The notes under the pieces: model-generated
What the model was told of the DNA's origin: nothing
Seen by the model: only the letters and a program-made list of their open reading frames with translations
The model's database searches: none
NCBI GenBank assembly: GCA_965226885.1
Contig: CBDDEL010000013.1
Span: 128,001 to 192,000 of the forward strand
Source: Opitutales bacterium
Lineage (GTDB): Bacteria > Verrucomicrobiota > Verrucomicrobiia > Opitutales > UBA2987
DNA length: 64,000 nucleotides
Direction of reading: 5' to 3'
Translations under genes and position numbers: made by a program
Shown here: in pieces, positions 10,062 through 22,500 of the stretch
Layout of the letters: the number at the start of each line of letters is the position of its first letter
Numbering within the stretch: position 1 is the first letter of the stretch

Positions 10062-10841
10062 TTAAGCGGCGGGGGTGGCCTTTTCTTTTTTCAGGGCCAG
10101 GAAAAACTCGATATTGCCACCGGCTCCGGTAATTAGGGATTCGGTGTGGGCCATTTCACGGCAATTGGGCAATTGTTGGGCGGCGAAATCCCGAATTTCC
10201 CGCAGCACACGCTCCCGAATTACAGGATCGCGGATAATGCCGCCCCCTTTGTCCGCTTCCTTTTTTTGGGCCTCGAATTGCGGTTTTACCAAAGCGATTA
10301 AATGGCCGCCCTCAGTCAAAAGAGGCCAGATGGCCGGAAGAACTTTACGCAGGGAAATAAAGGAAAGGTCGATCACGATTAGGTCGTAATGCGGTCGGGG
10401 AAGGTTTTTCGCCTCGAGATAACGGGCGTTAACTTTTTCCAGCGAAGTTACTCGGGGATCCCGGCGAAGTTTATCGTGCAACTGGCCGCGGCCGACATCG
10501 ACACAAACCGCGGTGGCGGCGCCCCGCTGTAGGAGGCAATCGGTAAATCCGCCGGTGGAAGCACCCACGTCGAGCACCGCCCGGCCTTTTACATCGAGTG
10601 GATATTGCTCGAGAAATCCTTCCAGTTTCTCACCGCCACGCCCGACAAAACGGGGTTGCTGGCGAAATGTCAGGGCGATGTCTGCGGGCACCGATTTGCC
10701 CGGCTTGTCGAGGATGCCGTGGGCCTCGCGGACATTCCCCGCCATGATGAACGCGCGGGACTGCGAGCGGGTGGGGCAGACACCCCGCTCCACCAGCAGC
10801 TCATCGAGCCGCAATTTCTTTTTTTTCTCCCGGGCTGCCAT
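10062..10841 (-). CDS. tlyA: TlyA-family rRNA 2'-O-methyltransferase
   Basis: S4-like N-terminus [32 protein letters not shown] and LVKPQFE. Confidence 0.93.
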   Translation of the reverse strand: MAAREKKKKLRLDELLVERGVCPTRSQSRAFIMAGNVREAHGILDKPGKSVPADIALTFRQQPRFVGRGGEKLEGFLEQYPLDVKGRAVLDVGASTGGFTDCLLQRGAATAVCVDVGRGQLHDKLRRDPRVTSLEKVNARYLEAKNLPRPHYDLIVIDLSFISLRKVLPAIWPLLTEGGHLIALVKPQFEAQKKEADKGGGIIRDPVIRERVLREIRDFAAQQLPNCREMAHTESLITGAGGNIEFFLALKKEKATPAA

Positions 10842-10953
10842 AAAAACTTCGATTTCTCAATCCTCTCAGATTTCCGAAATTAGCCGGAAGTAGGAAAAAT
10901 AACACAAAATAAAGAAAAAATTAAATAATTATTGAAAATCAAGGCATTTATAC

Positions 10954-11019
10954 TTGACCACTGTGGGGCAAAATGTCAGAAAATGTCAAATAATGGTGTA
11001 TTCTCAATGGTGTATTCTC
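10954..11019 (+). promoter_or_regulatory. Putative dcw promoter with possible MraZ boxes
   Basis: TTGACC at 10954, followed by GTGGGG and ~10-bp-periodic AAAATGTCA repeats upstream of mraZ. Confidence 0.4.
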
Positions 11020-11029
11020 GATAAATAAA

Positions 11030-11479
11030 ATGAGCCATTGCGACACAGAGCCTTTCTACGTCGGCAACTACCGGCATCGGCTCGATGCCAAAAATCGAGT
11101 CACAATTCCTTCCAAATGGAGGTTTCGGGGTGACGATGCCGATATTTACTTGGCCTGGGCGCATCCAGACGGTTACGTGGCTGTATATCCGCCCCGGAAG
11201 GTGGAAGAATTTCGCCAGAAAATAAGAAATATCAGCGAAAGCGATCCGCGGGGCCAGAGAATATTGCGCCAGCTTTTCGGCCGTGCCCAACAATTCGGCT
11301 GCGACCGGCAGGGCAGAGTCAAGATACCCGACGACCTGGTGGAGAGAACCAGGCTGACTAAAGATGTGGCCCTGGTCGGCCTGGGGGAGACTTTTAACCT
11401 GTGGAGCGCCCAGCGTTACGAAGAAATGGAAAAGGAGGACTTCGATCTGCTGGCAGCCATGAGGGATTTTGGAATTTGA
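11030..11479 (+). CDS. mraZ: Transcriptional repressor MraZ
   Basis: Two AbrB-like repeats (LDAKNRVTIPSKWR, CDRQGRVKIP); heads the dcw cluster. Confidence 0.92.
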   Translation: MSHCDTEPFYVGNYRHRLDAKNRVTIPSKWRFRGDDADIYLAWAHPDGYVAVYPPRKVEEFRQKIRNISESDPRGQRILRQLFGRAQQFGCDRQGRVKIPDDLVERTRLTKDVALVGLGETFNLWSAQRYEEMEKEDFDLLAAMRDFGI

Positions 11480-11499
11480 TTTTATTCAGCCCCCTAAAC

Positions 11500-11556
11500 T
11501 AAACCACAATATCCGTGCTAAACCACAATATCCGTGCTAAACCACAATATCCGTGC
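11500..11556. repeat. Perfect 19-bp tandem repeat x3 (TAAACCACAATATCCGTGC)
   Basis: Three contiguous identical units in the mraZ-rsmH gap. Confidence 0.95.
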
Positions 11557-11784
11557 CTATGAAGTTGAACGATAAATTAAGAGCTAACGGGATACTTTAC
11601 TCAGGCGATGTGCGTCATTATTCGGAGTGGAATTTAGGCAGTCCTAAATTCCACGACGGCAAACCGGAGCAATCTTACGATTCGGCTCAATTCCTTCAAA
11701 AAACAACCAACAACCCCCTGTCCGTCTGCTGGAATACCTTTCTCAATGTCTTTCGTTCACATTGATTTCCTCCATCCTATCGCC

Positions 11785-13125
<1,341 letters not shown>

Positions 13126-13129
<4 letters not shown>

Positions 13130-14922
13130 ACAAAGCCTTCATATCCGCTTGGCGGCTCGGCCTGGTTGTCATGGTTGTCATGGCGGCCTTTGGCGGGATT
13201 TTCGGTCGTCTGTATTACCTGCATGTCTGGGAAAGCAAGGAATTGCAGAAAATCGCTGAAAACAACCGGCGAAAGCTGGAAATAAAGCACTCCCGGAGGG
13301 GGAACATTGTCGACATCCGGGGAAATCTATTGGCTTCCACCCGAACCGTGGTGGAGGTGGGTTTGGATCCACAGGCGGTTGAGCTGGAGGATGAGCCCAA
13401 GCTTCCCTTGCTGGCCTTTTATACGGGAATGCCGCTGGAGCAATTGCGGGAGCGATTCAATAAAAAAACCGTTTCATCGGACAATGAGTATGGGCGCCAG
13501 GTTCGCTTGATTCGCTGGAGCAAGATAGCGGACGCAGTTTCCGAGGACACCTATAAAAAGATTCTGGCCTTGCAGATGGCTGGAGTTTACGGCAATCGAA
13601 AATACGAACGCGTCTATCCGGGGCGTGAATTAGCTGCCCACCTCATGGGATTCCTCAACAAGGAAGGCCAATCCGTAGGCGGGGTGGAGGCTTATCTCGA
13701 TTTTTACCTGCGGGGTCAGGATGGCTGGTGGGAAACGGAAATGGACGGCCACAGGCAGGAAATGGCGCGGTTCCGGGCCCGGGAAGTCGAAGCGGTGGAT
13801 GGCCTCAACGTGGAAATGACTATTGATATAGTCGTGCAGAACATCATCGAAATGGAGATTGCCAACCTGGTTCGAGAATTTAACCCCCAATCGGCCACCA
13901 TCCTGGTCAGCGAACCGGCCACCGGATTCATTCTCGGTTTGGCCAATTATCCCTCTTTCGATCCCAACGCCTTCTGGCTTTATCCTGTTGATAGCCATCG
14001 CAACCGGGCCGCCACCGATATTCTGGAACCCGGTTCCACCTTCAAGATTGTGGCCTCCAGCGCCGCCCTCAATGAAAATCTGGTGACTCCTGAAAGTTTG
14101 TTTGATTGCGGGCGATCCAAGGCCGACTACCGAGGCCGTTTGATCAGCTTGCCGGAGGATTCCATTCCGCATGGAGTAATGACTGTCCATGACATAGTTT
14201 CCAAGTCGAGCAATCGGGGAGCGGCTCAACTGGGCATGCTTCTGGGCGCGGAAAAACTTTATAATTATGCGCGCGCTTTCGGCTTTGGTGAAAAAAGCGG
14301 ATTCAATCTCAGTCCCGAAACCAACGGCATGCTGCATGAAGTTTCCCTCTGGGACAGGCTCACCATCAGCCGTCTTCCCATGGGCCACGCGGTCGGGGCA
14401 ACGCCCCTGCAAATCCATTTCGCCATGTCAGTCATGGCTAACGGCGGAGTCCTCATGACCCCACGGGTGGCCCGGCGGGTTCTCGACCAAGAAGGACGTA
14501 CCGTGGTCAGTTTTCCCCCTCGGGCCAAACGCCGGGTGGTGCGCGCGAGCACGGCCCGCACCATGGCCGGTTTTTTAACCGACGCGGTCGGAATCGGAGG
14601 CACCGCTCCCCGCGCCGCCATTGCCGGTTATGAGGTCGCCGGAAAGACCGGGACAACGCAAAAAGTGATCGATGGAGAATATTCGCACAGCCACCATGTG
14701 GCAACATTCAGCGGTTTTTTTCCAGCTTCCCGTCCGCAATTGGTTATCACTGTGATTGTTGACGATCCCGAGTTACCCGGCACCGCTTACGGCGGGCGGG
14801 TGGCTGCGCCCGTATTCAAAAACGTGGCCAAACAGCTCATTCCCTACCTGGCCATTCAACCGCCATCTCCAATTGGAGAAACCCTCGCCTTCAAGGAAAA
14901 GACCCATGCCCGAAGTTTTTAG
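13126..14922 (+). CDS. ftsI: Class B penicillin-binding protein (FtsI/PBP3)
   Basis: EPGSTFK (SxxK), SSN (SxN) and KTGT motifs; N-terminal TM. Confidence 0.92.
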
Positions 14923-16495
14923 CGATTTAACTTTTTCCTCCTCTCCATCAGGCCTTCTTATGGCCGACCAGCAGGAAAATAACTCTGGTAACTTGATTTC
15001 ATCCCAATCGATGAAGCCGACTCTTGAAAAACTGTTTCATGGCATCCCCATTAAGGCTCAATGGGGCGATGGCGGCTGCCTGGTGAAAAGCATCGCCACG
15101 GATAGCCGCCGGGTCGTTCCTGGAGCCCTATTCTTCGCCCTCCCGGGTCTCAAAACGGATGGCAACAGTTTTATCCAGGAGGCCATCGAAAGAGGGGCCG
15201 GGGCCATTGTTTCAACCCATCCATCCACCCGTCGGGAGGAGTTTTGTTTCATACAGGTTGATGATATCGGCGGGGTTCTGGCCCGAATTGCGGGCAGGTT
15301 TTTTCAACATCCCGAACGCCATCTTGAGATGGCTGGGATAACCGGCACCAACGGCAAAACTACCGTAACCCATCTGGTCCACTATTTTTTAACCGTCGCC
15401 GGACTGCCTTCGGGAATGCTGGGCACGTTGAAATATGATTTGGGCGGTCGGACCTTGCCGGCCGGGCGGACAACCCCCGAATCGCCCGAAATTTACTCCA
15501 TGCTGGCGAAAATGCGCAATTATGGGTGCCGCCGGGCTGTCATGGAAGTGAGCTCACACGGTCTTCATCAACGGCGGGTGGAAGGGCTTCCCTACAAGAT
15601 CGCCGCCTTTTTAAACCTGACCCAGGACCATATCAATTACCACTCCACCATGGAGGCCTATTTTGAGGTCAAAGCGGGGCTATTTACTGGTCGGACCGGC
15701 CATATTCCGCAAATTGCCGTAGTCAATGTCAATGATCCCTTCGGGCGGCGGCTGGCGAAAAAAATTCCCACTGGTAGCCAGTTGATCACTTTCGGGGAGA
15801 GCCCCCGGGCCGATTATTGCGCCGTCAACCTGAATTTGAAAGCGGATGGAACCGCATTTAATCTAGAATGGGAAAACGAAACCATGCCGGTGGTTTCCCC
15901 GTTGTTGGGCCGCTATAATGTAAGCAATCTATTGGCCGCACTTGCCATTGGCCGCCACCTCGGTTGCGACCTTCCAAAAATGATCGAGTGTTTGCGGGAT
16001 TTCGGCGGGGTTCCCGGCCGCATGGAAAAGGTAGACGCCGGGCAGCCTTTCAATGTGCTGGTTGATTACGCCCACACCGACGATGCTTTGAAAAACGCCT
16101 TCGATATGCTGCGCCCTATTACGGCAAGAAGATTGCTGGCTGTTTTTGGTTGCGGTGGCGATCGCGACAGAAAGAAACGACCGCTCATGACGCAGGCGGT
16201 GATGGATCGTTGCGATTTTTGCTGGGCAACCTCTGACAATCCCCGCAGCGAATCCCCCGAAGCCATTTTCGAGGACATGAAGCCTGGCGTTATTGACCCC
16301 AGCGGCATCGAATTCGTGGAAGGGCGCAGGCGCGCCATCAGCCTGGCTCTGGACAATTGTAACCCCGGAGACTGTTTGCTGATCGCTGGCAAAGGCCACG
16401 AAACCTGCCAGGAAATCGCCGGATCGGTGCTGCCTTTCGACGACCGCCTGGTGGCCCTTGAACTTTTACAAAATAAAAGACTGATACAATCCTGA
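14906..16495 (+). CDS. murE: UDP-MurNAc-tripeptide synthetase MurE
   Basis: GTNGKTT, MEVSSH, DYAHT and DNPR (meso-DAP-type motif). Start position uncertain. Confidence 0.93.
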   Translation: MPEVFSDLTFSSSPSGLLMADQQENNSGNLISSQSMKPTLEKLFHGIPIKAQWGDGGCLVKSIATDSRRVVPGALFFALPGLKTDGNSFIQEAIERGAGAIVSTHPSTRREEFCFIQVDDIGGVLARIAGRFFQHPERHLEMAGITGTNGKTTVTHLVHYFLTVAGLPSGMLGTLKYDLGGRTLPAGRTTPESPEIYSMLAKMRNYGCRRAVMEVSSHGLHQRRVEGLPYKIAAFLNLTQDHINYHSTMEAYFEVKAGLFTGRTGHIPQIAVVNVNDPFGRRLAKKIPTGSQLITFGESPRADYCAVNLNLKADGTAFNLEWENETMPVVSPLLGRYNVSNLLAALAIGRHLGCDLPKMIECLRDFGGVPGRMEKVDAGQPFNVLVDYAHTDDALKNAFDMLRPITARRLLAVFGCGGDRDRKKRPLMTQAVMDRCDFCWATSDNPRSESPEAIFEDMKPGVIDPSGIEFVEGRRRAISLALDNCNPGDCLLIAGKGHETCQEIAGSVLPFDDRLVALELLQNKRLIQS

Positions 16496-16508
16496 ACCCA
16501 ATCGAGCC

Positions 16509-17930
16509 ATGCCTGAATACGATTCGAGACAATTAAGCGAGTGGGCCCAGTCCAAATGGAGGGGCAAAGTCTCTCGGACCATCACCGGATTTTCCATTGA
16601 CACCCGCAACCTGCAGCCGGGCGAATTGTTTGTTGCCCTTAAAACGCCGCGCAGGGACGGGCACGATTTTCTTGAATACGCCACACAGCGCGGGGCATCG
16701 GGGGCGATTGTTTCCAGAATCAACACCAGCATACGGCTGCCGCAGTTGCTGGTGGACGATCCCCTCGATGCCTTGCAATCTATCGCCGCCAAATGGCGGC
16801 AGCAATTCGATGGACCGGTCATCGGTGTCACCGGCACGGTGGGCAAAACTTCCACCGTGGAGCTGCTCGCTCTTCTGCTGGGAGAGGACGGAGTGCACCG
16901 CACGGAAGGCAATTTTAACAACCAGATCGGAGTGCCCTTGTCCCTGCTTGCGATTTTTCCGGACAGGCATCGTTGCGCCGTGGTGGAAGCCGGTTCCAGC
17001 GCTCCCGGAGAACTGGAGGTTCTGGCCAAAATCATTGATGCCACGGCCAGCCTCATAACCGGTATTACCCCCACCCATCTTGAGGGTTTCGGTACGGTCG
17101 AGCAGATTGCGCGCGAAAAGTCCTATCTCGGCTGTTATACGCGGCCGGACGGAACCGTTATTTTCCCTCATTATTGCACCCAATATTCCAGTTTCGATAA
17201 TTTTCCCGCTACATCTATTATCCTGGCGCCTGAAAATACATCGGGGCCGATCAATCTGCCCGCTTCCCAAGTGGTTTTCTGGAATGAAAATCGGGGCAGC
17301 CGGTCGGCCCGGGGCTGCCGCTTGACACTCAAGAAATTCCCCGAAGGAGAAAAGCATTTCGAATTGCCCCCGGTCAGTCCGGGGATGGTCTGCAATGCCG
17401 CTCTGGCCATTGTTATGGCGGAACAAATGGGGGTCGGCGACGAGAGCATTCAGGAAAGGCTCAACCGTTGGCGGCCGGCCCGCCTGCGCGGTGAAATCAT
17501 CCAGTATGGAAAGACCCTCTATTACGTCGATTGTTACAACGCCAGCCCCGCTTCCATGGTCGATGCCTTCGCCTCCTTCGAACTCAATATGCCGCCCGAA
17601 TTGGCGCGTCGCTATGTGCTCGGCTGCATGGCGGAATTGGGCGAGCAATCCCCCAATTTGCATATCGAGGTCGGCGAACAGCTGAAATTGCGCCCGCAGG
17701 ACAAAGTCATGATTTGCGGAACGGACGCATCCAGCTTACGCCAGGGTCTACTATACGCCGGCAACAGTGAGGATCAGGTTGTCATACTGGAATCTCCAGA
17801 AGACGCCCACGAAGAATTGGCCGGTTTCGACGGCGCCGTGCTTCTTAAGGGGAGCCGCACTTATCAACTGGAAAACCTCCTACCCGGCACGGAACTTAAT
17901 CTGGAGATTGAAAATAGAGAAGCATGTTGA
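16509..17930 (+). CDS. murF: UDP-MurNAc-pentapeptide synthetase MurF
   Basis: GTVGKTS, NFNNQIGVP, DCYNASP, LKGSR. Confidence 0.92.
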   Translation: MPEYDSRQLSEWAQSKWRGKVSRTITGFSIDTRNLQPGELFVALKTPRRDGHDFLEYATQRGASGAIVSRINTSIRLPQLLVDDPLDALQSIAAKWRQQFDGPVIGVTGTVGKTSTVELLALLLGEDGVHRTEGNFNNQIGVPLSLLAIFPDRHRCAVVEAGSSAPGELEVLAKIIDATASLITGITPTHLEGFGTVEQIAREKSYLGCYTRPDGTVIFPHYCTQYSSFDNFPATSIILAPENTSGPINLPASQVVFWNENRGSRSARGCRLTLKKFPEGEKHFELPPVSPGMVCNAALAIVMAEQMGVGDESIQERLNRWRPARLRGEIIQYGKTLYYVDCYNASPASMVDAFASFELNMPPELARRYVLGCMAELGEQSPNLHIEVGEQLKLRPQDKVMICGTDASSLRQGLLYAGNSEDQVVILESPEDAHEELAGFDGAVLLKGSRTYQLENLLPGTELNLEIENREAC

Positions 17931-19024
17931 GCTATCTGGCAGAGCTGGAAGAATGGTTCGGACCGTTTCGTCTTTTTAGTTATATCACATTGCGCAGTGT
18001 TTTGGCCGCGGGAACCGCCCTCCTACTCGGCTTTGCCCTGGCTCCCTGGCTGCTGAGGAAATTGCGTGCCTTCAATATTTCCCAAATTCTTCGGGAAACC
18101 TCAGAAGTGGGTGATCTCGCTGCCCTTCACGCCGGAAAAGAAGGCACCCCGACCATGGGTGGGTTTCTCATATTCGGGTCTATTATGGTCAGCTCATTTC
18201 TTTGGGCCCGGCCCAATATCTACGTCCTCACGGCGCTCTTTGCCTACACTGCTCTAACCATTCTTGGATTTGCCGACGATTACCTCAAAATTACACGCAA
18301 AAGCAGCGGCGGTCTTTCCAGCAGGGCCAAACTGTTCTGGCAGATGGCAGTCACTTTTGCCGTCCTCGCAGCCTTGCTCTTAAACGGCCAGTCCAACCTT
18401 CTAATGACGGAATTGTGGGTTCCCTTTGTCAAGGATCCCTTGATTCAGACGATGCCCCTCTGGTTCCTCGCGATTTTTCTTTTTCTCATCCTGGCTGGTT
18501 CCAGCAATGCCATCAACCTGACCGACGGGATCGACGGGCTGGCCATCGGATGCACCGTTACTGTGGCCCTGGTATACGGCATCATGGCTTATGCGGCGGG
18601 CCATTTAATCATTTCCGATTACCTGCTTATCAGCAATGTGCCCGGGTCGGGAGAACTGGCCGTCATCTGCGCTGCCATGGTCGGCGCCAGTCTGGCCTTT
18701 TTATGGTACAACGCCTACCCGGCCGAGGTCTTTATGGGCGACACTGGCTCGCTCGGCCTGGGCGGGTTGATTGGAATCATCGCATTTATGATTCACCAAC
18801 CCCTCACCCTGATCATCGTGGGTGGTATTTTTGTCATGGAGGCCCTGTCAGTAATCGTTCAGGTCGTGTCATACAAGACCCGTGGCAAGAGGGTCTTCCG
18901 CATGGCACCCATTCATCATCATTTTGAACTTAAAGGCTGGGCCGAAGCCAAAGTGGTAATAAGATTTTGGATATTGTCTTTGATTTTTGCCATTAGTGGT
19001 TTAGCAACATTAAAACTTCGTTGA
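17924..19024 (+). CDS. mraY: Phospho-MurNAc-pentapeptide transferase MraY
   Basis: GTPTMGG, NLTDGIDGL, FMGDTGS, MAPIHHHFEL. Confidence 0.96.
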   Translation: MLSYLAELEEWFGPFRLFSYITLRSVLAAGTALLLGFALAPWLLRKLRAFNISQILRETSEVGDLAALHAGKEGTPTMGGFLIFGSIMVSSFLWARPNIYVLTALFAYTALTILGFADDYLKITRKSSGGLSSRAKLFWQMAVTFAVLAALLLNGQSNLLMTELWVPFVKDPLIQTMPLWFLAIFLFLILAGSSNAINLTDGIDGLAIGCTVTVALVYGIMAYAAGHLIISDYLLISNVPGSGELAVICAAMVGASLAFLWYNAYPAEVFMGDTGSLGLGGLIGIIAFMIHQPLTLIIVGGIFVMEALSVIVQVVSYKTRGKRVFRMAPIHHHFELKGWAEAKVVIRFWILSLIFAISGLATLKLR

Positions 19025-20337
19025 ATCAAACTCACACATTGAAAACAGTTGCGCATAAATTCCTCGCAACCATAAGGCAGCCAGTGGCCGTATTGGGCGC
19101 CGGAGTGAGTGGAAAAGCTACCCAAGGCCTTCTGCGGCGATTGGGGTTGCCCTCCGTATTGTATGACCAACGCCCGGTCGAGGGAGCGAGGGGTGATTTT
19201 GGCCATGAACAGACCCGGAGCCATCGCCTGATTATTTACAGCCCCGGTTTTGCGCCCGACCACCCGTGGCTGCAAATGGCCCGGTCCGCTGGTTGTCTCT
19301 GTTTAGGCGAAATCGATTTCGCCTCACTGTTTTTCCACGGAGAGGTCATTGCCATAACGGGAACCAACGGTAAGACAACCTTGACCGAATTTCTGGCGGA
19401 GGCCTATCATAAAAACGGCCGCCGGGCCTTTGCGGTGGGCAATAACGGTCGCCCGCTGGCAACTGTGGCGGGGAGGAAAAATACCGAAAACAAACTGGCC
19501 GTATGCGAAGTAAGTTCGTTCCAGTCGGAGACTTTGCGTCATTTTCGCTGCAACGCTCTTCTGTGGTCCAATTTTCAGGAAGATCATCTCGACCGCCATT
19601 CATCCCTGGAAGGTTATTTCAAGGCCAAGTGGAACCTGGTCAATCGAATCGTGCGGGAAGATTCAGTTTTTGTGGCGGGGGAGAGCGTTTTTTCCGCCGC
19701 AAGGCGCTATGGATTTGAGTTGCCGCCGAGTGCTTCCATGGTTGAGGAAAAAGGAGAATCCTCCTGGCCCTTGCCGGTTGCATCCGCCTTCGCAGCCCCG
19801 CCCCAAGCCGCTAATTTAAGATTGGCCCGGCGATTCTGGAAACTTAAAGGACATCCGGAAAATGTTCTCAAGAATAGCACCGCTTCTTTTCCTGCCCGAA
19901 GGCACCGCTTAAACCACGTTTGCAAAATCCGCGGCGTATCTTTCTGGAATGATTCCAAGGCCACTAATTTTGCCTCCGCCCAGGCGGCTCTGGAATCATT
20001 TTCCGGTCCTGTCCATTGGATCGGCGGGGGCTGGAACGGCGGCGGCGCTTTGATTGCATTTGCACGCCATATGGCTCGGAAAACAAGAACTGCCTATCTC
20101 ATCGGCGACACCGCGCAAACCATCGCTGGGGAATTCAGCCGGGTATGTTCTGCGGCCCGCGTCTGCCGTAACCTGAAAGAAGCTGTGGCCGAAGCCATGC
20201 GGGCCGCCCGGCCGGGAGAATCTATCCTGTTCAGCCCTGGCTTTTCCAGCTTCGACATGTTCAAAAATTATGCCCATCGAGGAAAATGCTTTGAAAAAAC
20301 CGTTTTGGGTTTGAAGAAAATTCACCCAGGTTTTTAA
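19021..20337 (+). CDS. murD: UDP-MurNAc-L-Ala:D-Glu ligase MurD
   Basis: ITGTNGKTT, EVSSFQ, DHLDRH, NDSKATN, SPGFSSFD. Confidence 0.92.
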   Translation: MNQTHTLKTVAHKFLATIRQPVAVLGAGVSGKATQGLLRRLGLPSVLYDQRPVEGARGDFGHEQTRSHRLIIYSPGFAPDHPWLQMARSAGCLCLGEIDFASLFFHGEVIAITGTNGKTTLTEFLAEAYHKNGRRAFAVGNNGRPLATVAGRKNTENKLAVCEVSSFQSETLRHFRCNALLWSNFQEDHLDRHSSLEGYFKAKWNLVNRIVREDSVFVAGESVFSAARRYGFELPPSASMVEEKGESSWPLPVASAFAAPPQAANLRLARRFWKLKGHPENVLKNSTASFPARRHRLNHVCKIRGVSFWNDSKATNFASAQAALESFSGPVHWIGGGWNGGGALIAFARHMARKTRTAYLIGDTAQTIAGEFSRVCSAARVCRNLKEAVAEAMRAARPGESILFSPGFSSFDMFKNYAHRGKCFEKTVLGLKKIHPGF

Positions 20338-20365
20338 TTTCTCTATCACCTCCATCCGCACACCA

Positions 20366-21292
20366 ATGAAATTAATAAAAATCTTTGCCCTGGTCTTGAG
20401 CCTGCACCTACTCGCCATCTGTTTTCTCTTTGTTTTGCCCGGTTGCGCCACAACCGACAAGGAGTCTGCCGAGGCTGCCTCCAACGAAACTTCCACCCTT
20501 GGAACCGAAAGCGGCGATAGGGCCGCTCCACCCGCCGGAAGGGAGCTTCATCCGGATTTTAATGCCGGTTTGACCGATGCCGCTGAACCCACTGCCAGCC
20601 CACCCGCCGGAAGATACCCGCCCACCAGGCCCAGTTGGGATTTCCAGAGCGATACGACTGATGAACCTCCTCAGGAAATTCTCAAACCGGCCCCAAAAAC
20701 GCCGGAACCCGCTTATTCATCCAAACAAGAAGATGAGAAGGGTATCTTGATGCACTCAGTTCAATCCGGCGATACGTTGAGCCGAATTGCCCGAAAATAC
20801 GGAACCACGGTGGCGGAACTGAAAAGAGCCAACGCTCTGGAAAGCGACCTCATTCGGATAGGCGATACCCTCATAATATTGGGAGGCTCAGCCCCTCAGC
20901 GAAAAGGGCCGCCGCCCGCGGCCGCTCCTGCGAAAAAGAAATCGACCGCATTGGGTGAAGCTGTCCACATTGTGGTTTCGGGAGATACTCCCAGTGCAAT
21001 AGCGCGCCAATACGGCATGAGCGCGAGAGACCTCATGGAAATTAACCATATTTCCGACCCGACAAAACTGCAGATTGGCCAAAGGCTCCTTGTCCACAAA
21101 ACCGGGGGAGCGCCCGCCACCACTCCTCGATCCGCTTCGGCCATTCGTTATGATGCGGTGGAGGACAGTTCAACTCCTATTCCGGCTGACACTATGGACG
21201 AGCCTGAGCGCTCCCTTTTCGATGAGGAGGAAGACATCCCCGTCATCCCTCTGGACAACGATGAAGGCGTGGGGCAAGGCTCCACCGATTAA
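20366..21292 (+). CDS. Two-LysM peptidoglycan-binding protein, probable lipoprotein
   Basis: Two LysM repeats (HSVQSGDTLSRIARKYG, HIVVSGDTPSAIARQYG); signal peptide ending LPGC. Confidence 0.85.
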   Translation: MKLIKIFALVLSLHLLAICFLFVLPGCATTDKESAEAASNETSTLGTESGDRAAPPAGRELHPDFNAGLTDAAEPTASPPAGRYPPTRPSWDFQSDTTDEPPQEILKPAPKTPEPAYSSKQEDEKGILMHSVQSGDTLSRIARKYGTTVAELKRANALESDLIRIGDTLIILGGSAPQRKGPPPAAAPAKKKSTALGEAVHIVVSGDTPSAIARQYGMSARDLMEINHISDPTKLQIGQRLLVHKTGGAPATTPRSASAIRYDAVEDSSTPIPADTMDEPERSLFDEEEDIPVIPLDNDEGVGQGSTD

Positions 21293-21357
21293 CCTCAATA
21301 TTTTATTGGCCGGAGCCCCTCATTTACCATCTGTAAAAATTAACATTCTAAATAAAC

Positions 21358-22500
21358 ATGCAGGCTGGGCCAAGTTCAGGATGGTATTTAATTAAGCGCG
21401 ATGGGCCCATCTTTTTAATTCTTCTGGCCGTGGCCGGCCTGACCCATCTCGGTTTTATCATTCTATTCAGCGCTACCCAGGCTCACCTGGGCGGATTGAG
21501 CGCCATCGTCGGGAAGCAGGCTCTTTGGCTTATAATAGCCCTTCTGGCGGGAGGAACAACCGCGTTTCTGAATTTGGAAAACCTGCGCCCACTGGCCTGG
21601 CATCTGGCCGCATTGGTGGGCGCGCTTCTTTTGCTCGTGCTTTTGCCCGGAGTTGGCGTAATGGTTAACGGGGCCAGGCGCTGGCTCGATCTGGGTCCCA
21701 TCAATATGCAGGTTTCCGATCTTGCCAAAATTGCCATGATTTTTCTACTGGCCCATTATTTGGCCGCCAATCAGCGTTGCCTGGGTTCTTTTGCCAAGGG
21801 TTTTTTCATTCCCATGGCCATTGTCGGAACGGTTTTTCTGCTCGTTATGCTGGAGCCCGATTTCGGGACCGCTTTTCTTCTGGGTCTGGTTGGGTTCACC
21901 ATGCTATTCCTGGCCGGCGTCCGTTTGGCTTATCTTTTGCCGTCCCTCGGCCTGGGAGTTCTTTTCTTTGCTCTGGCCATAATGTTCGATCCCGTGCGGA
22001 TGAAGAGAATTACCTCTTTTCTCGATGTTGAGGCCCATAAAAGCGACGGCGCTTACCAGCTTTGGCAGGGCATCCTGGCCTTTGGGGCGGGCGGTCTCAA
22101 TGGGGTCGGTTTGGGTAACGGCCGCCAGCAGAATTCCTTTCTTCCAGAAGCTCACACCGATTTTATTTTTCCCATCATCGGGGAGGAGCTCGGCCTCTTA
22201 TTTTCGGCAGGAGTGGTCGCTTTGTTTCTTTTGATTTTCCTCTGCGGCCTGTGGAATCTTCGCAGAGCGCCCAATTTATTCCAATTTCTTTTAGCGGCCG
22301 GAGCCGTTATTATGATAACCTCTCAGGCACTCATCAATATCGGGGTGACCACCGGCTGTCTGCCGACCAAAGGAATGTCCCTGCCCTTTATCAGTTACGG
22401 CGGCTCCGGGTTGGTAGCGATGTTCATCCTGGTGGGGATTCTGATCAATTGCCTGCGAACCTGGGGCCAATCCCCATTACCTAAACCGGTAACGCTATGA
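21358..22500 (+). CDS. ftsW: SEDS peptidoglycan polymerase FtsW
   Basis: NGARRW, EPDFGT, LPEAHTDFIF, PFISYGGS. Confidence 0.94.
   Translation: MQAGPSSGWYLIKRDGPIFLILLAVAGLTHLGFIILFSATQAHLGGLSAIVGKQALWLIIALLAGGTTAFLNLENLRPLAWHLAALVGALLLLVLLPGVGVMVNGARRWLDLGPINMQVSDLAKIAMIFLLAHYLAANQRCLGSFAKGFFIPMAIVGTVFLLVMLEPDFGTAFLLGLVGFTMLFLAGVRLAYLLPSLGLGVLFFALAIMFDPVRMKRITSFLDVEAHKSDGAYQLWQGILAFGAGGLNGVGLGNGRQQNSFLPEAHTDFIFPIIGEELGLLFSAGVVALFLLIFLCGLWNLRRAPNLFQFLLAAGAVIMITSQALINIGVTTGCLPTKGMSLPFISYGGSGLVAMFILVGILINCLRTWGQSPLPKPVTL

Noticed and set aside
11500..11556. Possible CRISPR array
   Set aside because: The 19-bp units are contiguous with no spacers, and there are no cas genes in the window.
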